Assembly: GCA_965235115.1 (NCBI GenBank)
Contig: OZ249437.1
Span: 18,662,001 to 18,726,000 of the forward strand
DNA from: Laetmonice hystrix
Lineage: Eukaryota
Direction of reading: 5' to 3'
Length of the DNA: 64,000 nt
In this document: positions 11,401-23,400 of the stretch, in pieces
How the letters are laid out: each line of letters begins with the position of its first letter
Numbering within the stretch: the first letter of the stretch is position 1
The notes under the pieces: model-generated
Told to the model about the DNA's origin: nothing
What the model saw: the letters and a program-made list of their open reading frames with translations, nothing else
The model's database searches: none
Made by a program: the position numbers and the translations under genes

Positions 11401-14400
11401 GCCAGGTTGTGATATAACCAGGGAAAGTCCTATATCTACAGTTAGGTTGTGACCAGAGAAAGTCATATATCTACAGCCAGGTTGTGATATAAGCAGAGAA
11501 AGTCCTATATCTACAGTCAGGTTGTGATATAACCAGAGAAAGTCCTATATCTACAGCCAGGTTGTGATATAACCAGGGAAAGTCCTATATCTACAGTCAG
11601 GTTGTGACCAGAGAAAGTCCTATATCTACAGCCAGGTTGTGATATAAGCAGAGAAAGTCCTATATCTACAGCCAGGTTGTGATATAACCAGGGAAAGTCC
11701 TATATCTACAGCCAGGTTGTGATATAACGAGAGAAAGTCCTATATCTACAGCCAGGTTGTGATATAACCAAGGAAAGTCCTATCTACAGCCAGGTTGTGA
11801 TATAACCAGGGAAAGTCCTATATTAGATCTACACCTTGGTGGTGATATGACCAGAGAAAGTCCTATATCTACAGCCAGGTTGTGATATAACCAGGGAAAG
11901 TCCTATCTACAGCCAGGTTGTGATATGACCAGGGAAAGTCCTATATTAGATCTACACCTTGGTGGTGATATGACCAGAGAAAGACCTATGTCTACAGCCA
12001 GGTTGTGATATGACCAGAGAAAGTCCTATATCTACAGCCAGGTTGTGATATAACCAGGGAAAGTCCTATCTACAGCCAGGTTGTGATATGACCAGGGAAA
12101 GTCCTATATTAGATCTACACCTTGGTGGTGATATGACCAGAGAAAGACCTATGTCTACAGCCAGGTTGTGATATGACCAGAGAAAGTCCTATATCTACAG
12201 CCAGGTTGTGATATAACCAGGGAAAGTCCTATCTACAGCCAGGTTGTGATATGACCAGGGAAAGTCCTATATTAGATCTACACCTTGGTGGTGATATGAC
12301 CAGAGAAAGTCCTATATCTACAGCCAGGTTGTGATATAACCAGGGGAAGTCATATATCTACACCTTGGTGGTGATATGACCAGAAAAAGTCCTATCTACA
12401 GCCAGGTTGTGATAAAACCAGGGAAAGTCCTATATCTACACCTTGGTGGTGATATGACCAGAGAAAGTCCTATATCTACAGCCAGGTTGTGATATAACTA
12501 GGGAAAGTCCTATATCTACACCTTGGTGGTGATATGACTAGAGAAAGTACTATCTACAGCCAGGTTGCGATATAACCAGGGGAAGTCCTATATCTACACC
12601 TTGGTGGTGATATGACCAGAGAAAGTCCTATATCTACAGCCAGGTTGTGATATAACCAGGGAAAGTCCTATATCTACAGCCAGGTTGTGATATGACCAGG
12701 GAAAGTCCTATATCTACACCTTGGTGGTGATATGACGAGAGAAAGTCCTATATCTACAGCCAGGTTGTGATATAACCAGGGAAAGTCCTATATCTACAGC
12801 CAGGTTGTGATATAACCAGGGAAAGTCCTATATCTACAGTCAGGTTGTGATATAACAAACCTTTCTCGCAGTGTCGACCAGAGAATCCCTCCAGACAGTG
12901 ACAGGTGAAGCCGCTGATGTGGTCCACACAACTACCACCATTGAGGCACGGGTTACTTTCGCACTGATCATCGTCTGGGCCAAGAAAAAGTCAACAAACT
13001 ATAAAACTTTTCACATCAGGGTTTGTGTTCAAGATTCAGATTCATGATAAATCTCCGCCATTCGTTTTTACCGTCTATAAAGAAAATTAAATCCCGTAAC
13101 TAGATTTAAAAAGGCGCATCATTCCTTGTATTTGGATCATCTACCGACTGGTTATTCCGCGATTACTTATCGCTCGGAGTGCGAACAATCGAGCATCAAA
13201 ATTAATGTTCTCTGAAGTCGCTGCTCACCTTCGCACAGCGTGGCGACGATTTTATCGACGATATCGTTGAGACGAGCGATGTCGTGTTGGTTGTAAGCGT
13301 TGAGTTGATGTGGTGCAGACACGAGCTCGTTGAGATGGCCTTCCTCGCGTGCAGTCAAGCCGATCCCGATCCCGAACACGTGGATACCCTCCTGCTGAGC
13401 GTTGTACGCCAGGGGCAGCGTAAACTCCGAGAATAACAGACCTCCAGTGATGAGGATGGCGAAGTTCGGCACTGCCGGCCGATCGCCCGTCCGATTGGTG
13501 AATACATCTGACGTCAGTAATTTGAATGCGTCCGCCTGGTGACAACCAATAGGGATTCAGCTTGAGATCAACGTGGGAAAATGGAACCATGTCTTTCACG
13601 TTATATTCTACATACAAGTATACCGACAGGGTGAGAGAAGTGAACACTGTAATGTCATGTCGGGGAATTATATACAAAGGAAATTAGTCGTATCACCTCT
13701 ATTATTTGTAATAATTTGCACATATATACATATGAGTAACGTTTTAATTGTAATTACCCTATCAGTCATTTCGGAGCTGTTGATGTTTAATTGTTTGTTA
13801 GATAATTATGCACACAAGATGACCACATTACCGATATAGATGGTAATTGTACTACATGCTGAATAAAATCGTCCACACAAAAATATCCCATATTCTCCAT
13901 TCTGATATCTCAATATATACTGCTTCTTTGTATTAACCAGTGAAATCACTTACATACAGGTCACGTTAATATGTCGTTAATATGTCGTTAACATGTCGCT
14001 AACACGTCGTTATTCATGTCGTCATGATGCCCGATGTGGGCCTACTCTACCACTCTACTGTATTATTCAAGGTAACATTAGTGGATGTTTGCTTTTATTA
14101 GTCACCACTATACTGCCCGGTTGTGACCCTGGAGTCGCATCATGTTCTGCAGGGTGTTTCCACTGGATTATATAACTTAGATGTACATTCTCCCAGGAAA
14201 TCTTTATTTCAAGGTTATACATTGAAAGCGACTCCTCGGCCAGGCATACTCGGGCCTGATGTTAATCTAAGCTACAAGTACCATTATGAGATATTAGCCG
14301 GTTTGAGTGTTCACAAACATAATCTAACATCCTCTCTTGTGGTTTTTAAAGTCTTGCATTCGGTCAATCGACATACAACACACGGAGACTGAGGTACAGC

Positions 14401-17400
14401 ACATTTACAACATATATAGCCTACTTCATAAGTAGCCATTGTACAGATACGACATCTATCACATGTTATGGATATCTACTGCATGCCCAGACATTCTGTG
14501 CAGTTTCCCTTTATGCATTTGATCTCCTCAGCGCTGTGAAGTTCTTACGACTAAATCTGATTTCATAATGACAGGTAAAGTAGCAGATCGTGAATGCCTT
14601 TCTCCTAACACCTCACTCAGTGCCGTGAATACATCTAGTATTGCTGCCCATCTTGCCGTATTTGTTTGGACGTCCGACTATTAGACTATGACAAACAAAC
14701 GCCTGGTCGTTGGCGACCTAGTGTTGAAGTTATGAAGGTGGCGAGGTTACATGTCGTATTTTATACTCTGCCAGGAGGTGGAAGCGTGTCAAGAACTAAC
14801 CGCTATCATATTGCAAGCACAATAGGAAGGGAAGAGGATGTATCGGCCTGCCTTTGTAAACAAATCCCTTTCTATCTTTCTTTTCATTTATCCCGAGTGA
14901 CTTGCTGAATCTGAGCCCAATGTGTTTCCTATACAGCAATAAACCAAGGCAACAAAAACACAATAGGCATTCTTATACCACAACCTCCCCTCCTCCTCCT
15001 CCTCTACGTGCTCGACCTACACAAGGTCAAAGATGCTGCTAAACATACAGCCTGGGTGTCCATTGAATAACTCTCTACCCGTTACTTGATGTTTGAACAA
15101 CCCTCTACCCGTTACTTGATGTTTGAACAACCCTCTACCCGTTACTTGATGTTTGAATAACTCTCTACCCGTTACTTGATGTTTGAACAACTCTCTACCC
15201 GTTACTTGATGTTTGAACAACCCTCTACCCGTTACTTGATGTTTGAACAACCCTCTACCCGTTACGTGATGTTTGAACAACTCTCTAGCCATTACTTGAT
15301 GTTGTCTGAGGCGTCTCGGTCTTAACGATACGTGGAAATCGGAGGATTAATTGGCCATAATCGGTAAATATAGATCTTCAAGTTATGTGAATTCTGACAC
15401 CGCTTGGTCTATGCATGAACTATATCCTGCTTACAGGCGCAGCATGTTCGACTCTGGTAGGCTGTTCCGAGTGTATATAGGCTAACATTATGACATATAA
15501 TTACAGTAGAACCTCACCTAACGACCACCTCAGAAATAAGACCACCTCAAAAATACGACCACTTTTGAGCAGTCCCAAAATTATCCCTATATTTTCAATG
15601 CATTTAAGTTTCAGAAATACGACCACCTCGGAATTCACTTTTACGACCGCTTATTTCAGTCCCAAATTGGATTCAACCTCACAATAACGACCAGTCAGTG
15701 ACCAGATGGAGTGGCTGGCAGTGTTTATGTAGGCCTAGTTGTAAGACAATGGGAGGTGCGACTTGGATTAACAGACCCGGCTTCTGCCCACCTTGACCCT
15801 AAATAACAACAGTGTTTGTAGAGACTTTATGAACACAATGGGAGGTGCGACTTGGATTAATGGGCCGAGGTGTTTCTGTCCACCTAGACCCTACTTGAGT
15901 CACTATAAACCGAGACTGATTTTTGTATCCCACACACTTGTTCCTGTTCATCCAACTCAGTCTTGTCATAGTTTTCAGTTATTCCCAAGTTTTAGAGTGT
16001 TTCAAGTTCGTCTTTCTCTTCATGCAAATAAACACTGGAAAAGGATAGAGGAGGACTATACATGTATGTAAATGTAGGCCCATGAATCTTTGTCTATGGC
16101 ATCCTTTACTGATATCATGCTGATATACCTATGAGCATCCCTAATCCAGGTTAAATGATAGGCCCCCCCTATACCCAAAACCCTTCCTAATCCAGGTCAA
16201 ATTTCAGAATTACGACCATCTCAGAATTACGACCACTTTCGGCCAGTCCCTGAGGTGGTCGTATTTGTGAGGTTCTACTGTCACCACCACCGTGCCTCTC
16301 GGTATCACAGGGCCTTAATTCTATAAATACTCTACCTGGGGATTTTGGGGGGCCTGTAACATATATATCCGCCAATGAAGTCAAGCTGTGGGCAATGAAT
16401 TTGTGAGTGTATACAACATGGGGGATGATTCTTCCATGTTACACAATACCCTCAGAACGAGAGTGACTATACAATAATATTAGGATGTATAATAGAATAT
16501 TGTCTACGTATTTGTTAATAAGGCCGCTTTGGTTTAATTATATACAAAAGGTTTATAGTCAACCTGAACATACATACAACGTCTAAATAACATATTGCTG
16601 ATAAAGGAAATAAAACCAGGAGCGTCTAATGTGCTATTAACTCTAATATACGGAACATAGTAAAGTATCCATGGGAGTATATAATAGTGAAGACCTAGAT
16701 CTATAATAACGGTAGGTGTTTGTGGTAGGGTCCTACCTGGAAGGGGTAATCTCCATCGTATCTCATGGCGTCAATGGCACCAACAATATCATCCTGAGAC
16801 GCTGGTTCGCTCAAATACCGCTCAACTCTCGCCTCGCCCGAGAAGGTGATGATAGCTACCCGACTCTGTCCGTCGTAAAGTTTTAACTTCTCAACGATCG
16901 CGTGAATAAAGTTTTTAACCTTCCTGAAGTTATCAGGTCCGATATAGCTGGAGGTATCCACCAAAAAGGCTACGTCCGACTGGGCTCTGCAACCTACAAC
17001 GCCATTTTGGCCATTTTTCGTTTTAAAATCAAATTCAAGTGCAGCAAGGCTTATAGGTCAAATCCAACCATTGGTTGCAAATAAACTTTAATCAATCAAT
17101 CAATCATAAATTTTACATACAGGGTGAATACCATATTCCCGTTAGTTATAGATACGTAAACAATTGAAATGTACCTTTCTTGATTAAAAAAGTGACCTTT
17201 TTCTGCACCATCCTGTGTATATGTGGAGTATGTTAACAGAGATACGTACGTCTCTCACAGTTGACCCCGGAGTATCCGACCTTGCAGAAACACGAGTAAC
17301 CATTAATCTTGTCCTTGCACGTCCCTCCGTGAAGGCAGGGGATGGTGTTACACTGGTTCTCATCTAAAATATACAAAATAAATATGTAAACATCAACTAG

Positions 17401-20400
17401 AAAACAGGCATGGATCCAGGGGGCACCCCCCCCCCCCATGAAGGTAGGGTAAGGGTACACTGGTTCTCATCTAAAATTCATCTAAAATATAGACCCAAAA
17501 GAACATGAAAATATCACCCAAAGATGACTTTTGAGCTTTTGTATGAGGAGACTTTTGGTGGGAAAACATAAGCCCACATTGTGGGGTCCACAGATGTTGT
17601 GTATGTGTACATACCTTCAAGTAAGTACTTTGTGACATTTTCGCGCACCGTCGCCAGTTCATGGAAGCTTGGTGCGAAGAAGGCGCCGTGAATTTTGTCC
17701 GTGGCCATCTCTTTAAGTTCCTCTCTGCCGCCAGATGTCACCCCTAACGGAACAATATGGATGCCTTGATTCCTGGCACGGCGGACTTCCTGCATGGTCT
17801 GTCTCTGACGTATGTTTGACAATCCGTCAGTCATGAGTACAGCAATGTTCCTTACGTTTTTCCTGTCACCGTTAGGACGTGTAAACATGTTCTCTCTGAC
17901 CTCTTTGATAGCCTCAGCCGTGGCTGTGAACCCGTAACTATAGCCGACGTTATCAATGGCAGTTAGAAGATCAGGCGTGTTTTCGTAACGTCGGAGATGG
18001 AACTGAACCAGAGCGTTGGAGCCAAACTTCAGCAGACCAATTCGGTAACGACATGTGTGAACGTTAATTTCCAACAGTAGTTCCTTGATAAACTGCTTGA
18101 AACGATTGAAATTTTCTTCACCGATCGACCCCGACGAGTCTAGCATGAATATTATGTCTGCTGGCTCCCGACAACCTGCGGTGAGATCACAACATCACTT
18201 TAGCTGTTGTCATCAAATGCAGTCAAAAACAACAATCAATTTGAAACTTTTTCGAAGATAAAAGCATTATGTGGTACGTGAATAAATGTACGCACTAAAA
18301 CAGAATAACAGTCCCTGTGGTGACGCTTGTTTCCCTTCTGCTCTAGTTTCCCGACCATAAGACGCTTTGGGGCGTTATTCACGAAACACAAGCAAGACTT
18401 GCAGACCCGCAAACTATTATTAAACAGCTGCATAATTCGGAGGACAAAATCCACAGATAGTAATGGTGATCTTTGGTTAAAACAGGGCGTCTTGTAGACT
18501 AAAATGTCTTGTAATCGTTTATTCTGGTAATTGTCTATTAAATCACGGGTACGTTGTTTATGAGTATATTAAATGATGAGTATATTAGATGATGAGTATA
18601 TTCTACACGTACTCCGTTGACAGTTGACGCCAGTGAAACCAGCTGTGCAGCGACACCTGTGGTGGTTTAGGGCGTCAATGCACGTGCCTCCATTTTTGCA
18701 GGGATCGCTTGAACACACATTCTCGTCTGAAGATGAGGCGGTTATCAAAATATTAACACGGATTGTTAACTAAAACATACTGGGCAGCGTTTGAAATTAT
18801 GACAAAAACAGCTGAGTTACGTCCGAGAGTGCTTTTATGTCATATTAATAGAACCAAAACAATGGCTATACAGTCTGTCAGCGTTAACTTGAGCCCAGGG
18901 CGGGGTTTCATTAGTGGTGGGGGTTGGCCCAGTGCTGACGTAACCCAATACAGGCCAATGTGGGACGGGAGGGGCCCGTCATTCAAACCAGTGTGTACAG
19001 GTTCAGTGACAGTGGCCGGCAGCCGGCAGTCAACAAAGCTGACCTTGCATATCATGAATATGGATTGGGCTCAAGTTAGCGCGGACAGACTGTAGGTCTT
19101 TCCAGAAAGGTCCCCACTTGTTCTATCCCTCACTGAAAGGTCCCCATTTGTTCTCTCCCTCACTAAATAAAAACATGGCTGGCAGGTTTAGAGAACCCAC
19201 ATCCTACGGTTACGTCTCACCTAAACAGACCGCTCTCAATAGATGCGGCATGACGTGCGGTAATTCATCGAATCCTTCCGCCAACTGCAGGTACCTCGAG
19301 TCCCTGCTGCTGGCGATGCCGGCCAGCTCGGCCGAGTCAAACAGATTTATCCCGATCCCAACCAGTTCAATGTTAGCGTTGTGAACGAGCCGAGCCTCAG
19401 GCAGTGTCTGGTCAGCGTTGATGTTTGACTCGCCGTCAGTGACGAATATGATGACGTCCTGGACATCAGGCCGGTCCCCATTGAGAAGTTGAAACATGCT
19501 GGTTCTGGCGGTTCTCAGGGCGTCGGCCGTGTTCGTCGACCCGTAGATATAGCGGGTCTGGTTCACCGCCCGCAGAATGTCCATCTTATCCTTGTACCTG
19601 GTGGGACAGACAGGGGAAAAATGACTTTGGAAACACAGTACCATGGAAAACTGACGGTGGAAACACAGTATCATGGAAAACTGACCGTGGAAACACAGTA
19701 TCATGGAAAACTGACCGTGGAAACACATTACCATGGAAAACTGACGGTGGAAACACAGTACCATGGAAAACTGGCTGTGGAAACACAATACCATAGTACT
19801 CTTTAAAAATCAGCGATTAGGACCCATCATTTTACAGTCATATCGCAGACCAAACGGTGGTGCCATCTACTGGCTATCTCTAAAACGAGAAGACAACGAG
19901 ACGCCGAGATCATAGTGACTTATTATTTACAGTAGGAACATCTAATACATTCCTCTATTGTATTGTATTGTATTGTATTGTATTGTATTGTATCCCAACT
20001 TTCTGGGCCTACATGCCACACACAAGGATCCTACAACGCTATGAACGTGCGGTTCGTCTTATAGAACTTTGTTACCTGTTTAGGTGGAAGACTACTGTTG
20101 GGTCGTCACTGAACGTCATGAGGCCCACGTGATAATGGTCGGGAGAGATATCCAGCGGCCGCACAAACTCATAAACGAAACTCAACAGCTTGTTAAAGTT
20201 CGTCCTTCCCACAGAACCAGAGGAATCCAGGATAAAAACGACGTCAGCCCGACCCCGACATACTGCAACACGTAAACACGGGACAAGGTTCTTAAAGTGC
20301 TACAGACATTACAATCAACATGAAATTTGGTACCAGATCCCGATAATACTTGTAATTTGTCGTTGTTCTGTAAAGGAACGGCTGTTGTACAACAAAGTGG

Positions 20401-23400
20401 ACTGTCTGTAATCCGTGATCAAAGTGACGAATTCCCGTGCACACGTCACTTCCGGTTTTCGGTCAAGTGCAGTCGGGAGCGAGACTGCGATGTAGCGCGT
20501 GATTCAAATTTGTCAATATTTTTACAAATGTTGTTTTCTGAGAGAATTTACATTGTATCAGAAAAACCTATCCCGGACCCGTCTACAACTCACAGTGATC
20601 TATCAAAGCTCAGTAAAGGTTGACTAGCGTGTCGGTACAACTCACAAATCATACCAATACCAGAGAACATGTCTACAGGACGAATTCCAGAGCATCATAT
20701 TCACAATGCATTCTGTTTTCATATAGTATGAAGCATTCACAGTTTTATCGTGTGTCCCAGTACCTGTAATGTTGGATGTGTCGATGGCTTGCGAGGGTTG
20801 GGGATTGGGTATTCCATCAATATTATTTCTTGCAGCTGGAAAAAGAACATATATCAGTATCAATACACCTGAAGACCAACAGTTACGTCTGGTAGTAGGA
20901 TAACCTTATGTTTATACCTTAAAGGACCAGCCCGAATAATTGCCCCAACCAGTATGAATCAGCCTTACCCATTATTTGTAACCTGGAGTTCAAACAATGA
21001 CCATTTATGAAAAAACGCGCAGACACCAGTGGCATCTCAAGAGCCCCACCTCGCCACTCATCTTAGACATCTTGTCAACAACGTCATTCAATGGTTTGTG
21101 CTGTTTCTAAACTCTGCAGGTTGTAGAGTCCTATACCGGAGTCCTACTATTTCATTTCACTTACATAAACCGACGTAAAATAAACTGAGAAGCGAAGAAG
21201 TAAATCTACATGCATAGAATAACTACTCTTTAATTAGACCAAACTTACCATTGCAAATTTCCCTCTTTAGTTTATGCCTTATTGATTGTAGCTGCCGATA
21301 TCCAGTCACGGTAAACGAATTCTGAGCGGTAGGAATGGTTGCCGCCACGTCCAAGTCCTCCACCGCCTCGCTTCCCTCTGTCCCGATACCAACAGCCAAT
21401 AAATGGATGCCGGCCCCGCGCAGTTTGCGCACTTCCTGTACGGTTCGCCGGACGTTGATATTCGGTGTTCCGTCCGTGATAACCACCAAAATGTTTGGAA
21501 CATTGAGCCGGTCACCGTGACGTAGTCGGAACATCTCAGTCCGTACAACTTTCAAACCGTCAGCCGTGTTTGTACTACCATAGTTGTAGGGGATGTTCAG
21601 GATAGCTTCCAGCAACGCTTCTTTGTTGTTGAGATATGAATTCAGTTGGAAATGGACGTAAACGTCGGTGTTGTAAGACAGTACGCCCACTCGGAAGTGG
21701 CCAGTCTCCACATGTGTGTCCTGCACAAGGTTGGCCACAAAACGGAGAAGTTTCTGGAAGTTTGGTTCGCTGACAGAGGTCGACGAGTCCAGCATGAAAA
21801 CGACGTCAGCCTCAGCCGGACAACCTAGGCAAGACGAGAGGTCAACAAATTCATAAGAAAAGTCCTATAAAGGGTGAAAATAAGTAGGCAAACTTTGTCC
21901 CTTAAATTGCCGCGATTAAGCTTTCTACATGCCAAGACAGGGGGATTTGGCAAAAAGTAGTCTTTAATAAGTAAACGTTGAGCAATAATACTTGTGACTT
22001 ACCATTTTGCATGGGGATCGTGACTGGACTCTTCGTCACCGACACGTCGCCCTCGAGAACCACCACTATAGGAGAAGTTCATAATAACATGAGGCTACCT
22101 TACCTAAGTCAAGCTAGAAAGAAAGTAAATTTGAAACATAGGGCCTCTGCCTTTAAGATTCGTCTATAGGCCTAAACGTTCTTTCAGACAGGCTGCAAAC
22201 GGTCCCGTTTAGAATCCCATGCTCAGTATGCATTCCCTCTCTACAGAAACATTCCCTCTCTACAGAAACGTGTACGGTTCACAAATATCAATCTATCCAT
22301 GTCATATTATTTTGTTGACGTTGACATTCTTCCCGCCACAGTGGCGTTGTCGTCTGCCGACGTTTGTCATCAGCCTCCCTCCGCGACCTTTCACTTACTT
22401 TCACAAAGCTGTGTAAAGAAGGCCCTCTTGATCGCATCCAACTCGTCAAAGGACTCCAACAGGAATCGGTTATCTTCGACAGGAGCCGTTGACATTGCCT
22501 GAAGCTCGACGCTGTCGCCCGTCAGCCCGATGCCGATGACGAACACGTGCACACCCACTGAGTGGGTCAGCATGGCTTCCTGTATGGTTCGTTCCGAGTT
22601 CAGGTTCGACAATCCGTCGGTTATGATCACCGCCACGTTCCGGACTCCAGGTCGGTCGCCGTTCGCTTGGTTAAACATCTCTGTACGCAGTGACTGCAAG
22701 GCGTCAGCCGTGTTGGTGCTGCCAAAGACGTACGGAATTTTACGGACGGCCTTGAAGACGTCGGTTTTGGTGACGTGGTCGTTCAGATAGAAGTGGACGT
22801 GGACGTCTGTGCTGTAGAGTAGGATGCCGATCCGTATATCTCCGTTATCAATGTTCGCGTCCCGTAACATACCCTCGATGAACCCTCGAACCTTCTGGAA
22901 ATCCGGAGCTCCCACTGAACTGGACGAGTCGAGGACAAAGACGATGTCGGCTTTGGCCTCGCATGCTACAGGAGGTGATTGGGGAGGAACAGGGGATAGG
23001 AATATTAGCAATCCGCCCAATAAATGGACAAACAAAACATTTCCAACATAATTAACCATTGCAAGTGCTCCGTCATTGACCGTCATCTTGGCGATGTCTT
23101 CCGTCCTTGTCTTTATTTATGCCAAGGATGCAAACCTTGGAAGATCTTTTAAAAGATTCAACTGATAACAAATGTGTACGTGTAGGAAATTCCTTTAACA
23201 GTCACGAAATGCATGTAATTGGATGTAATAAGAACTACTGAATCCAGGGCCCGTTTTTTTGGTTGAGCTTGAGTCAAGTTTGAGACGAAAACTTTGTCTC
23301 AAGCTCACCTCCGTGAGACTGAGATCATCTCAGACTCAACATAAGATGAGATGAGCTTGAGTCTGACACAACGACCAAAAAACCGGGCCCGGATCCTGAT

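Noticed and set aside
22104-22113. 10-nt poison micro-exon (tttctag|CTTGACTTAG|gtaagg) after VWA2
   Set aside because: It gives an immediate stop and lies only 38 nt from the next acceptor; there is no transcript support.
5939-23051. Plus-strand ORFs overlapping VWA exons
   Set aside because: Antisense shadows of coding exons with no independent features.
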